A stretch of 64,000 nucleotides of DNA from Alloascoidea hylecoeti (taxonomy: Eukaryota), in the NCBI GenBank assembly GCA_001600815.1, contig BCKZ01000001.1:664613-728612 (forward strand). The letters run 5' to 3'. The translations under genes and the position numbers were made by a program. This document shows, piece after piece, positions 32,817-45,697 of the stretch. Every line of letters begins with the position of its first letter. Position 1 is the stretch's first letter. Under the pieces are notes generated by a model. That model ran no database searches. It saw only the letters and a program-made list of their open reading frames with translations, and was not told where the DNA came from.

Positions 32817-35330
32817 ATGGATGAATGTGCTAACAAAAATATGTCTTCAAACACCTCTCCATCTGTAACCTCTCCTACAGAAAAACAACTAAAACCTGAA
32901 TCGTCTTCACAAATAATTTGGAGAAGAATAATTGTACTTTCATATGCTTTTTTCGTTGCTCTAATCGGAATTCCAATATGGTGGAATACAACTTCAATTC
33001 ATAGATCATCATTACCAATTGAAGAAATTAATGATTTAAATAATGAAATATTATCAAATTTTAAAATTAGAATACCTGTTTATTTACAAATTAAAAATGA
33101 TTTTAAATATCCTGATATTGTTGATGCAATAAATATTGAATTAAACCAAGAAATTAATAGAATTAATGAAACTGATCCATTAATTATTGATTGGAATATT
33201 GATTTACGAAACATTAATGAAACTAGTCAACCTAACGATAATGATTATATTATGGAATTAGAACTTTCGGAAAATGAAGGGATATATATATCACCATATG
33301 ATAGAGTTTCATGTTTTTATTATACATTAGATTCAGTTGCTAGTAATCAATTACCTTATTATGTTATGCAAGCTTTATTAGATCATGTTTTTAGATCAGA
33401 AGTTGATTTATTTAGATCAAGTAATCAAGATTCTAATACAATTTCAACAACAAAAACAAAAACAGAAACAGAAACAGAAACAAGTTCAACTATTGAACTA
33501 TCAAAAGATGTTATATCATTAAATTATAATCCTCAATATCATTTAACCTTTTCATTAATGTATGGAGAAGGATATCCAATCGAATGGGATATTGAAAATG
33601 CGTTAAAAGATGGTTTTGGTCCATTAAGACAAGAATTGGCAAGATTGGTGAATTTTACAGTTGATACACAGGTTCAATTTTTTGCGATTCCTAGTATTGA
33701 TAATTTGAAAGATAAAGTTGATGAAATTGAGAATAATGAAGGAAATGAAGATGAAAATGAAGAAAAAATAATTGGTGAAGTTAATGAATCAACTGAAAAC
33801 ACTAATGAAGAATCCGAAATAGAAAATAATGTACACAATGAAGTACAAATTGAAGAGAAAACTTTAGAAAATGAAGAAGAACAAATAATTGATGAAGTTA
33901 ATAAATCACCTGAAACCCCCAATCAAGAATCCGAAATTAAAGATAGTCAACATGATGAAGCTCATATTGAAGATAAAACTTCGGAAAGTGAAGATGTGTC
34001 AACAACTGATTTTCAAAATGAAAACAAAGTTGAAATTGAAGACAAAGAAGAAGGAATTCCAGGTGAAATCGGAAGTGAACTTGAAGAATCAACTGAGTCA
34101 ATTAAAGATATAAATGAAAATGAAGAAGAAAATTTAATTATTGATGAAGTTGATAAGTCAACCGAAAATACCAAAGAGAATAGTATAAAAAATGAAGATG
34201 CATCAACAGATAAAATTGAAAACGAAAGCTACGAAGAAGAAGGACATGAAAGAAGAGCCCAAAAGATGAGAAAATTAGAAGAAGGAATTGCAAGTGAAAT
34301 TGGAAGAGAATTTGATGTAATGATTGAAGATTTTGAAGGTAAAGAAGCTAGAGTTAATAAGGTCACAGAAGATGTTGAAACATCTATAGAGGAGTCAAAG
34401 ATAGAATCAAAAGAAACCCTCACTAAAGAAGTCGAAGAAGTATCTGAAGAAACCCCGGTAGAATTTGAGAATTCTAAAGAGGCTGAAATGGCTGAAAAAG
34501 AGTTAGAAATTTCTACAGGAGAAGTTGAAGAAGAATCAATGGAATCTGAAGATTCGAAATCCCCTTCTAGTCAAATTGACTCAACTTCAGAAGAACAAAC
34601 CCCAAAAATCATCGAAATTTCCAAATCTGATTTATCTACTTTTATTAATTCCGTTGATTGGAGTTTATCTTCAATGTACTCATATCCAACATTAAATTTC
34701 ATTCTTTATATCCCACCCTCAGATTTATCACCAATGGCAATTATTAACAGTACAACAAATAGTTTTTTAATTCCTCAATGGGGTGGAGTTAAAATTTTAA
34801 ATATCCCACAAATTCAAAATCAAACTATTTTGACAAAAAATGATTTAGAACCAGTTTTAGAAATTTTTGCATCACAATTATTAAAACTTTTGGGTATACC
34901 ACAAAATCCAAAACCACCAACAGTTAGAATTGATTTCATGACAAGATATTACGCATGTAAAACATTACAAAGAGCGGCATCATCATTAAATTCATTAGTA
35001 CGTTTAACAATATCATTACCTGGAATTGCAATTCCAAAATCTGTTCAAAACTCTGTAGCAAATTCAATATCTCATATTGATTCAACTTTTAAATACTTTG
35101 CGAAAAATGATTATAATTCAGCAATTAAAGAATCTGGTTTTGCTTTAGACGAAGCGGAAAAGGCCTTTTTTGAAAAAATGATGGTTCAACAAAATTTCTT
35201 CCCACAAGAACATAAAATGGCAGTTTATGTACCATTACTTGGGCCAGTTGGGATCGTTTTATTTTCTGGTTTAGCACGAATCAAAATGGAGTTGAAGGGC
35301 AAAAAGGGCGAGAAAGACAAGAAGGAGTAA
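32817..35330 (+). CDS. GPI17: GPI transamidase subunit Gpi17 (PIG-S) with a ~300-aa acidic insertion, 837 aa
   Basis: N-terminal TM GIPIWWNTTSIHRSSLP; YHLTFSL; WDIE; NFTVDTQVQ; LSTFINSVDWSLSS; PTLNFILYIP; NSFLIPQWGGV; AEKAFFEKMMVQQNFFPQEHKMAVYVPLLGP. Confidence 0.93.
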   Translation: MDECANKNMSSNTSPSVTSPTEKQLKPESSSQIIWRRIIVLSYAFFVALIGIPIWWNTTSIHRSSLPIEEINDLNNEILSNFKIRIPVYLQIKNDFKYPDIVDAINIELNQEINRINETDPLIIDWNIDLRNINETSQPNDNDYIMELELSENEGIYISPYDRVSCFYYTLDSVASNQLPYYVMQALLDHVFRSEVDLFRSSNQDSNTISTTKTKTETETETSSTIELSKDVISLNYNPQYHLTFSLMYGEGYPIEWDIENALKDGFGPLRQELARLVNFTVDTQVQFFAIPSIDNLKDKVDEIENNEGNEDENEEKIIGEVNESTENTNEESEIENNVHNEVQIEEKTLENEEEQIIDEVNKSPETPNQESEIKDSQHDEAHIEDKTSESEDVSTTDFQNENKVEIEDKEEGIPGEIGSELEESTESIKDINENEEENLIIDEVDKSTENTKENSIKNEDASTDKIENESYEEEGHERRAQKMRKLEEGIASEIGREFDVMIEDFEGKEARVNKVTEDVETSIEESKIESKETLTKEVEEVSEETPVEFENSKEAEMAEKELEISTGEVEEESMESEDSKSPSSQIDSTSEEQTPKIIEISKSDLSTFINSVDWSLSSMYSYPTLNFILYIPPSDLSPMAIINSTTNSFLIPQWGGVKILNIPQIQNQTILTKNDLEPVLEIFASQLLKLLGIPQNPKPPTVRIDFMTRYYACKTLQRAASSLNSLVRLTISLPGIAIPKSVQNSVANSISHIDSTFKYFAKNDYNSAIKESGFALDEAEKAFFEKMMVQQNFFPQEHKMAVYVPLLGPVGIVLFSGLARIKMELKGKKGEKDKKE

Positions 35331-35452
35331 ATTAAAAAGTAAATAAAAAATACATGTTTATTCCGTATATATTTTCTTTTGTGTTTCAATCCGGGTAAAT
35401 TTTAATCTGAATATAATATTGATCGTGTCGCATTTCCATCAAATCGATAAAA

Positions 35453-36127
35453 ATGGCAAGTTTACCTAATAATTATAATCCAAACACCCCGAACACATCA
35501 AATGCCCCATTTTCACCGAATAAAGAGTCTGAAGACGTAGATATACCTCATATACCAGATGTTCCCGAAATTCCTGATATTCATGATGCTTCAAACGACG
35601 AAGACATGTTAAATATCCCCTATATTCCCGATATTCCTGACATTTCGGGAGAATTAGATGAAGAAGAAGAAAAGGAAAAAGAAGGACCCTCAAAACCAAA
35701 ACCTAATCCTGAAGTTATCAAACACAAACTGGAAACAATGTCAAGTCGTGAAAAGTTAGGTTTATTAATGGCTAATTTTGATGAAACACAGATGGCACAA
35801 TATGAACGTTATTCGAGAGCGAATATAAATAAAGCGGGAGTTAAAAAATTAGCAAATTCGGTACTAAATCAATCAATAACAGCAAATGTTGTTCTTTCTT
35901 TATCTGGTTTATCGAAAGTTTTCATATGTGAAGTTGTTGAAAAAGCTATGGAAGTTAAACAACGAATGAATGAAGCTGCTGGTTTAGATGAAAGTAAAGG
36001 TCAATTACCTTTACAACCTGAACATATAAGAGAAGCATGGAGGTTATTTAAGTTTGAAAGTGGGACTGTTCCAAGTGCCAAGTGGAGAAGACAAGGTGGA
36101 GAGGGTGATGGTTTTATGTTCCGATAA
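35453..36127 (+). CDS. TAF11: TFIID subunit Taf11 (histone fold), 224 aa
   Basis: LLMANFDETQMAQYERYSRANINKAGVKKLANSVLNQSI..SGLSKVFICEVVEKA..PLQPEHIREAWRL, and C-terminal WRRQGGEGDGFMFR. Confidence 0.95.
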   Translation: MASLPNNYNPNTPNTSNAPFSPNKESEDVDIPHIPDVPEIPDIHDASNDEDMLNIPYIPDIPDISGELDEEEEKEKEGPSKPKPNPEVIKHKLETMSSREKLGLLMANFDETQMAQYERYSRANINKAGVKKLANSVLNQSITANVVLSLSGLSKVFICEVVEKAMEVKQRMNEAAGLDESKGQLPLQPEHIREAWRLFKFESGTVPSAKWRRQGGEGDGFMFR

Positions 36128-36256
36128 ATTGTTAAATTGCTTCAATTTTTTTTTTTTTTTTTTTTTTTAATTTAAATTGTATTATATAGGTACTATGATA
36201 CTGATTCTATTTACATATATATTCTAATAATGGCCGTTAATGATATAACGTATTGT

Positions 36257-39200
36257 TTAAATGCTAGGTAGCCAAATTTTACAACTAACCAACTCTTGTA
36301 CAATTTTATGTGTGGTACCGGATTGTGTAACTAATTCATTTGATTTTTGAAATGTTTTAACATTCACAATGGATCGTTTGAATAACTCTTTTTCCTTCTT
36401 TGGGGGTGCTTTGATTGGTATATTTAAGGTGGGTTTGTTGGCTGCTATGGCCTGTTTACGCGCTTTGTTTGCTTGTTTAGTCTGATTAAATACTTCTTTT
36501 AACATTAAAGTAATAAATTTAAGGCTTTCACCTTGAGCAGTGAAATATTTAACTAATTTGAAAAATACTTTTTGTGGAGCTTGTGCTGGATTAGGAATAG
36601 AATCAAATATTTCTTGTAATTTTTCACTTGATATAAGTAAACCTTTCATTCTTAAAAACATTTCTATTTGCATTTTCATCTTTTCTGATGCAATTTTAGA
36701 TTTATTTGATGAATCTGTTGGTTGAGTTACTCCTATTACAAGTTTTGATTTTGTTTCTGGTGAAATAAAACATTTATTAAAGAATTCTAAGAATGATTCT
36801 TTTGTGATTGATCTTGCCATATGTGTATCAATTTCATCTTCATCAAATGAACTTTTAAATCTTAACGATCTACTACTAATTTGATCCCATAATCTTTGAT
36901 GTTCTTGTTGTGTATTATTTGATTTTGTTTGCTCATCAATTAATGATTTTGCTAACAATTCTTGAAATTCTTCAGATGTTAATTCTTTAATTTTATCATT
37001 GAGAAACTCAAAAAAACCATCAATCTCTTTATCAAGAAATGATGGATCTTTATCACTTAATAAAGTAACATGAATGCCAACGATTTCTCTTAAGAATCGA
37101 CTTCCTCCAAAAACCAAATATCCCAATTGTTTCTCAGTTCTTAATTTCTCTGAAACATAAATATTCAAAATATATGAGGTAATTTTTGTTAATATTCTGG
37201 TTTTATTATCTGCTCTTATACCGGTTTGGAAAAATGAAACTATACATTTATTGATTTCATTCTTATCAATTGGATGAATTATGTATTCATAATAACTTGA
37301 AGGTTGTAATTTTATAGTACTTGGACATCTCCATTTTTGATCTCCTCCTGACATATTATCAGAGAGTAATTTTCTTGTCAATATTTCTTCATAAATAAAG
37401 CAATCCTATATAAACAATAATCATTAGTATTAATATTTGAGAGAAAACTCAACTGTGATATAGACTTACATTTTGTGTTATATCACCATTAATAAACATA
37501 TTAACATAATTAAATTCAAAATTTGAAGACCCAAAACCAATGATATCTTTCAAAGAAACACCTGATAGAAATTAAATGTTAGTTAATTATATAACTTACT
37601 GTGTTGATGGAGATGAAATCAAATATATACTTACTACGTAAAGCTTCTAATCTATCATCGACATCCCACATATTTTCCTCTAATAGATAAAACAAAGCTC
37701 CGCTAGCTAAAGCAACAGGATTTTGAGTTTTAAAACTGTTATAATAAGCAATCTTTTCAGTTAAAACATGAGCAAATACTTTATTTAATAATTGTAATTG
37801 TGATTCATTTTCATTTTCATTGTCAATTAATGAAGATTTTTTAAATTGCATCATTTCATCAAATATAATTTCAAATAATAAGGTAATTTTTTCATTAAAA
37901 CCACCTAATGAGAATTCAATTGTTCCATCACCTTTTATAGAAGGTTTAATTAAATATGAATATCCTAATAAACTTGAATCATATATTTTTGAATTTAATA
38001 AATAATTTATCATTTCACAAAACAATTCACATACTATGAAATGTGTAACTGTAATTTTTTCTTTACCTTGTTTTTCTAAATCGTTTGTAAAACTAGCAGA
38101 ACTTAAGATTTCTAATGTTATATAAGAACGTAATAGTGTATCAAAACTATTTTCTTCTTTATACCATAATTGTAATCTTGAAGAATTAATTAATAGAGCA
38201 GGATCAATCATCAATGGCTTTTTAATATCTGGTGTAACATCTTGTATTTGCGATTTTTCATTAGTATCATTTATAAATGTATGACTTGATGTTGAAATGT
38301 TTAACTGCTCACTTTCTTCATCATTATACACTGAACCTTTATGAGGATTATCGCTATGATTCGAATTAGATAATCTCTTTAAATTTAAAGTTATTTGTGG
38401 CGTTATTAAGCGTTTTCTAATTATTAGAGGGGCTGTTGATATATCATTATTCATATTAATTTCAGGCTTTGCCTTTGTTTTAGTTTTGGTTTTATTTTTA
38501 TTTTCATTTTTATTGTTATTCTGTTTCAATATTTCCCTTGGAATAAATTGATTTGATTTTGGAAAATATAAATTCGGATTTTTTTGGACAATTCTTAAAT
38601 GATGTAAAAAAGTTGAATCTAAATCACCGATTTTATACGTAAAATTATAAAATTTATCAATATTTGAATTGATATAACTGATACTCGGACAAATTGTTCT
38701 AAATAAATTATTCCATTCTTCAGATACCAATATAACAATATTCATATTATTTGGCGATATTTTGTTCATATATTTCCTAAAAAGATTACTTTCAAATAAA
38801 TGAGTTTCTGATTCTAACTCTGAGGTTGAATTAAATGTATAATCATCAGGTTCAAAATCTAATTTGTTACTATAGTTATAACCATCATTAATACTTACAA
38901 AATCTGGAATATGGTGTTTGTCTTTATTTAATTCCTTATAATTGGTTTGTTGAAAGTTCAAATTTGACCAATTATAAACACCTGCACCTTTTAAAATCCA
39001 TTGCTTATCATTGCTAGAATCATTGTTATCCATTAAATTAGAACTTAATTCAGAAGCTTCATTCATCGGTAAATCATCTTTATCCATATAACAAAATCTA
39101 ATCCAATCAATTTCCTCCAATTCTTTTAAAATAGGTAGAATCTCAGTTTCCCAATCCGCATTTACTATCATTTTGTTGTATTCAGAAACAGCGGTTAAAA

Positions 39201-40308
39201 CAGCAGATATATTACGACATCCTTCTCTAGTTACTTTCATTTCAAGGATAACCGCTTTACTAGAATGTGATAAACTCGAAACATAAGTAGATATATGAGT
39301 GATATAGCCTAATTTATTCCGTAGCAAATGATATAAAGAGCCTTCACCTTCATGTCCAATTAAATGGCAATATATTCCATTAAATTCACTTATTAAAAGT
39401 CTATAAATATTTTTAGTACTTAAAAGATTTATTGGGAAAATTAATCTTATTGTAGCAGTTGAATTCTTTAAAATTCTAACTTGAGCACGTTTTGAATTTG
39501 TTTCATCTTTATTCGGTATATTTGTAATCATTATTTTTCTTTTATGTTCAGGTTTAAAGATTGGTTCATTAATTTTTAAAACTTTTGGTATTAAATTTTT
39601 ATTTTCAATATCACCAAATGATTCAACAACAAATCGAGTTAAATTATTTAAAGAATAATTTGACATTACAACCAATTTCATTACGTTTGATGAAAAGTTA
39701 TCATTATAGTATGCTGATAGTAATTTACCTACACTTATTCCCTCTTTATTTGGAATTTCATGTAATGTTTTGGTATTACCAGTTGCGAATTGGTGGAAAG
39801 GATGATTTTCATTTGATAATAATCTTAAACATTGATGTAAAATTTTGGATTCTTTTTTCATATTACCCTCATGTTCGGAATTAACAGCATATACTTCTTT
39901 CTGTTTACAAATTTTTGAAAATAAAGGAGTTTTAAAAAACTCACAAAACATTTTTAAAACATTTAAAAATTGATTATTGGTAACTTGAAAATAAAAATTT
40001 GTATGTTCACCACTTGTATAAGCATTAAGAAAACCAGAATTGGCTGATATGTACTTTGAATAACAATTTGGCTCTGGATATTTCTTAGTTCCAAGAAATA
40101 ACATATGTTCACAAAAATGAGCAAGACCAGGAACTGATTTAGGATCATTGAAAGACCCCGTATTAACACATAATGAAGCAGCTGAAGTTGTTGTATTTGG
40201 ATCTGATATAAGTAAAACTTCTAATTCATTTTTCAAAGTAATGATTCTATATTCCCTTTTATCGTTCAAAGTAGAAACAACTTTTGTTGTTTCTGAAAAT
40301 TGCTGCAT
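36257..40308 (-). CDS. AXL1: M16A insulinase-family metalloprotease, Axl1-like, ~1305 aa, 3 exons (40308-37635, 37561-37470, 37405-36257)
   Basis: DKREYRIITLKNELEVLLISDP, PGLAHFCEHMLFLGTKKYP (HxxEH), EVYAVNSEH, LRTEKQLGYLV. Introns 37634-37562 (GTAAGT..CAG) and 37469-37406 (GTAAGT..TACTAAT..TAG) join the two ORFs in frame. Divergence, insertions and the C-terminal extension favour Axl1 over Ste23 (inference). Confidence 0.75.
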
Positions 40309-40552
40309 GTTTCTTTGTAAAGTAATATTAGAAAAGGAAGATATATCCTATAAATATGAATATAACGGTCCTAATTAAGAAGTAAATGCAGTTTCATTAA
40401 TACTTGCATGCATATGTATATAATCTTTATTTACCAAAGACAGGGTAACATCTAATTACCTCATCATTTAGTCACTGTTTATTTTTCAGGTCTCGACATC
40501 AAACCTCTTTCTTTGCTTGTTGTTGTGTATATTTCAATATTCCTATATTATT

Positions 40553-42268
40553 ATGTTTTTTGCTAAGTTACGAAATCCTCAGGGGCAAGACAAAGACACT
40601 AATAAATCACCTGCCGTTAATAAAAACTATGTTTCCATATTTGCTGATAAAAAAAAGAAACAACAAAACTCGCAATTGCCAAAGCCGCAAAAACAACTAC
40701 TACAACAACAACGACACGATGATGTTAAAATAAAGACGATTAGAAAAAAACAGGTCCCTTCACAAAGACCCACTCCACCATCTTCATCACGCGGTAGCTC
40801 TTCAAGGTCTTCATCACCATTGAAACGAAATACCCCAGAAAATGAAAAAAGACGCGTTAGTATGAAACGGAGAAGAGTTGATAATATTAAACGAAGATCA
40901 GTATCAAAATCTAGTTCGATTTCACCACCAACTTCTCCGAGGAAATCTAAATCTTTTGATTATGATGATACATCTGAATCAATGAATAGATCTAAAGTTT
41001 TGGAAGATTTAGAACCGAAAGAAAAACGAGATTATTTAATTGAGGCACTAAAAGATGATAATAAAACATCATTTGAGATTTCTATAATACATGCAAATGA
41101 TCTTTTCGAAGGTGATATACCACAAGGATACGAAAACTGTTAGTATAATTCAATTGTTTTTTTCCTTGTTCCATATATAAACTAACATTATGATCTAGAC
41201 TTCACTGATATGGATTCGATAATTACCGTTGAACTTCAATCTATTGCATCAGATACAAAAGAAAAATATCCATTAATTAGCCCAACATCAAAATCACAAG
41301 AACAGTTTGATCCAGTAGCAGAAATAAGTCGAATAATGATAATGGTTGCAAATTATTTTATATCGGATGATGATTTAAAAACAAAAATCTATGATTCTGA
41401 AATGGGTGATTGTATCGTTAGAAGGTTAAAAAGAGCTGTTAAAAATGATGATTCAAATGCTTTTATAAATGCAGTCGATCAATATAATGAATTGATAAAG
41501 GAGTTAAAGGAAAATGGATCATTTATTGAACATATAAAAAATTTAAAGGAATTATCAGATGAATTTATTAAAGAAATCTTAACACAGGTTTATTCACGTG
41601 CTGTATCTCCTCGAATTCGTGAATTACGAGATTATAAAGCATTTTCAAATAATGTTTATGGTGAATTGTTACCAAATTTTGTACATGATCTATTTCAAGA
41701 AACTTCAATAACACAATCAAGTGTTTTCATTGATCTTGGATCAGGTGTTGGGAATTGTGTTATTCAATCAGCACTTGAAGTAGGGTGTGAAAGTTGGGGT
41801 ATTGAAATGATGCCAGTTGCATCTGAATTATCAAGTTTACAGAAAAAAGAAATGGAAAACAGAATCAAAATGTACGGTATTAAAATTGGTGAAATTAATA
41901 CAATTTCTGGTAGTTTTGTCTCAAATCCTCAAATTCAAAATGTTTTAAAAAGAGCAGATTTTGTCCTTTGTAATAATTATGCATTTGATGCTGAATTAAA
42001 TGGTCATCTAGTTGATATGTTTTTAGATTTAAGAGATGGTACTAAAATTATATCATTAAAATCTTTTGTTCCTGTTGGTCATTCATTAAATGAACATAAT
42101 ATTGAATCACCATTAAATTTATTGAATGTTGTGGAAAAAGAATTTTATGAAGGATGTGTTAGTTGGACTAATGCACCTGGGAAATATTATGTCTCTACAA
42201 TTGATAGAAGTAAAATTCAAAAATTTTTAGCGAAAAGAAATAGAAGTTCTAGAAGAAGAAAGGAATAA
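40553..42268 (+). CDS. DOT1: Histone H3K79 methyltransferase Dot1, 2 exons (40553-41138, 41199-42268)
   Basis: Basic N-terminus. Intron 41139-41198 (GTTAGT..ACTAAC..TAG) gives YEN/YFTDMDS. Motifs YKAFSNNVYGELLP, FIDLGSGVGN, CNNYAF, KIISLKSF, VSWT. Confidence 0.96.
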
Positions 42269-42742
42269 AAGAAAACGATTTGTATATAAAATGGAAAGAA
42301 AGGTATCATTCAATCCTTAATTAACAGATTCAAAAGGTATATATCGATCGTTTTATTATTACAAAAAGGATAAGGTTAGATTTATAAGAACAAGATCATT
42401 ATTATAATAATAAAATCTGATCCTACTATCCTTACAACATGTAATATATTAGGAATATTAATAATTCGTTTGCTTAACAGTTCCCTAACACTTATTCCTA
42501 ACCCACACTAATTTATCCATCTTAAGTCACTACTACCTACTAGTCTCACCAGTATGACTTTACCTATTATTATTAATTAAACATCTTTCTTATTTATCAA
42601 AAGAACTATTATTGACTCTCATTTTACAAATCTATACCTATAGCTCTTAATATAATATTTTCAAATACCTCTAAACCTGTACAATTAATATGATTAATAT
42701 CACATTTCATTGATCTTATTCATATGTTATTGTTATCCATTT

Positions 42743-44697
42743 TTAAGAATTATTTTCATCTTCGCTCTCCATCTGCACATTCCATTGACATGATATATCC
42801 CATCTACTTCCGGGGGCACTTTTACTAACATATTTAACAAACTTTAGCACGCCAGTATCCCTTAAAATCAATGTCATACTATTCCATGAGGCCTGAGATG
42901 TTAATAACACAGGGTCGTCATCTTCTTCTTCTTCACCAGCAGATCTTTTACTTAAACTTGATCTGTACACAGCAGGATCATCATTTTCATCTTCAGTTGT
43001 AGCCATACATAACTCATACCCACCTAACTCACCTGATTCCCAGCCTTCTGTTGGTGTTATTGAAAGTGTTGCTTCTAATAAAGCATCAAGAATGTCACCT
43101 TCGTTCCCTTTACTATCATCATCTGAAGTTAAAGTGGCTAAGCTAAAATCATGGCCTGGTCTAAAGCGTCTAATCAGGATTTTATCAGAAACAGGAATCA
43201 GACCACTTACTAACATTAGCCATTTCTTAAATTCAGTTGATTTTAAATAGTTTGCCAGTTCGGAAAGTTTCTGTACTGTAATATCTTTATCATGAATTGA
43301 TAAAGAAGATAAATCAGGTAATTCTTCATTTGGACCATTATCTTTTTTTAATTTTTCTAATGCTTCAACAGATCTATCCTCTTCTTTTAATCCATCAATA
43401 TACATATATCTAAATTTATGAGGTGGTACTGCAAGTTTCCAAGGATATTTTATTTCGTTTGACGTTTGTGGAGTTCTATTTGATTCAGCTTTTAAGATTG
43501 ATTTTTTAATTGATTTCGCATAATCCTTATTTAATAAATCATCAATTTCTAATATCGAAGTATTTGAAAAGACACCATTTAAATGTTCAATATGCTCAAT
43601 TGATAACAATACAGGATTAAGAAATTTACTTAGAATTTCTAAATCATCCGATGTTAATTTAATAGAATTTGAATCATTATTTGAAAGGAAAGTTTGTGTT
43701 AATAGATTTATTTCATCATTTGAAAATTTATTCAAAATTGGTTTTGGAAAATCAAAATGTTGTAATTCTTTCGATTGTAATTGCTGTAAAGAGCTTCTTG
43801 CTTCAGTTTCTTCTTGTTCACCTTCAATAAAACCATCCTCACCAGGTTGTGGTATATGAAACCATCCTTGGATCGACATTCTATTTGTTTCAATATGAAC
43901 TTCTTCAACATCATGGAAACTAACACCTGGTTGAACAGTAAAGAAAGCTAATTGATTAAAAGCAGGAGGACAACTTAAACTAAAATCAGGACTTGGAACA
44001 TTTGGTATAAGGTTTGGGAAAAGTCTTAAAGCTCCACCCCATTTTACTTTCCATGGTTTATCAGGTGATGGTAAATACAAAATATAAGAAATTCTTCTTG
44101 AACCAATAACATCATCATGAGTCAATAAATGACAACCTTTTGAATAAGTGTTAATGCTCATATCTTGTTTAATACCACTCAATTTTCCAGCTCCTGTTAC
44201 ATAAGTCATAAAATCTCTAAATTCTTGTGAATATAATGCTTGTCTAAGTTTATAACAATTTGGTAATAATTTTAATTCAGATTCATCAAGACCTGATAAA
44301 TTTGCTAAATCACCGGTTTGGAAAACTTTATAAATATCCGTTTCTTTCTTTGTGAAATGAATATTTTCAATTATTTCTTCACGTACTTTTCTTAAAAGAT
44401 CATCATTCATTAATTTTGGTATAACTCCATGTGGGTATCTATATCATAAAAGAGTTTAGTATATGTGTGAGCCTAATAAATTAATAAATAAAAATTTATC
44501 TGAAAGATTAAAATTTTTACTCACGGTTTTGACACATTAATCTCAGTTTTCAATTGATCTTTGTAACCATCAAATAAGCCAGGATAAAAGTAATTTTTAA
44601 TATTATCAGGAATTCCAAAAGATGATTTTTTATGAATGGTAGCATCTGCTGGATCTTCAGCAGGTCTTTTATTTACTTCAGCAGCAACACTAGTCAT
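42743..44697 (-). CDS. TPA1: Prolyl 3,4-dihydroxylase Tpa1/Ofd1 (2OG-Fe(II) oxygenase), 2 exons (44697-44525, 44438-42743)
   Basis: Intron 44524-44439 (GTGAGT..TAG) gives SKP/YPHGVIPKLMNDDLLR. Motifs KETDIYKVFQTGDLANLSGL, CHLLTHDDVIGSRRISYILYL, SFHDVEEV, RMSIQGWFH, FVKYVSKSAPGSRWD. Confidence 0.97.
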
Positions 44698-45249
44698 CTT
44701 TTTATTGATCGTTATAAGGTCCTAATTATTAATCAATGTTTTGTTGAGAAAATCGGGAGGAGGAAACACAATTTAATGAAAAATCAACGATGATTTTTTG
44801 AAATTTTTATAGATTTTGCAATAATCGGGTGATGATCAGGTGACCAATATTATGTCAGCATTCGGCAACTGTCTTAACACCGATGACTCCGAAATATAAG
44901 ATATTAAATATGTTTTTAGTAAGCACAATTGATATTAGAAGTTTTCAAACCTTTCTTTTTTCATTTTTATATACATCAATAGAAAGGCGGTTTGAAATAA
45001 GATTGGATATTTAAAGATAGATCCCGAAATCCCAAAGTATATAATATTGTATATGCAAAAAAATAGTAATAATAAAAATGATTAGGAAAAAGATAATTCT
45101 GTTGTTGTATTTTTGTTTGATTGTGATCACTTTTTTCATTGTTACAAATATTATATAAAATTCAATCATCAATCAATCCATATGAACATAATGAGAACCG
45201 TTTTCCTTTCCACACAAATCTTGTGAGATAACATTTAAGATTGTTATTA

Positions 45250-45543
45250 TTAGTTTGACTCATTCTTCCTGTGATCATGATGACCGGGATATTCAACAAC
45301 CAATTTCTCGAACGTGTACATCTGACTAATAACCGATTGTCTTTTTAAAACCGCAAGATCCTTTTCAGCCCGTATAAGTTGATCATGAATAAGAGTAGGA
45401 TCTGTTAATTTCTGGTTCTCTTTAAATGCGTCTCTAGTTCTTCGTATAAAGTATTCGCGGAAGTTGTAGTTTGTGAATTTCCGGGACTCCCGAAGGCAAG
45501 AACGATATAGTGATAAGGACTTTGGTGAAGCTAATGCTGACAT
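45250..45543 (-). CDS. ISD11: LYR-motif Fe-S cluster biogenesis protein Isd11, 97 aa
   Basis: LSLYRSCLRESRKFTNYNFREYFIRRTRDAFKEN..LAVLKRQSVISQMYTFEKLVVE. Confidence 0.96.
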   Translation of the reverse strand: MSALASPKSLSLYRSCLRESRKFTNYNFREYFIRRTRDAFKENQKLTDPTLIHDQLIRAEKDLAVLKRQSVISQMYTFEKLVVEYPGHHDHRKNESN

Positions 45544-45697
45544 TTTGTGTGATTATCAAGTGAGTCGGAAAAAGAGAAGTATTTCGATTTTGAAGGGCAA
45601 ACTACTGTTACCCTACCTGCAGAGTGTCCCAATACATAGTTTTATATGTCAAGGGACCAACCTCCAATCTTGGATTCATCATCAATCATCTATTTAA

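Noticed and set aside
25913..35330. GPI19 and GPI17 as a functional GPI-biosynthesis cluster
   Set aside because: Separated by unrelated genes and explained by ancestral synteny.
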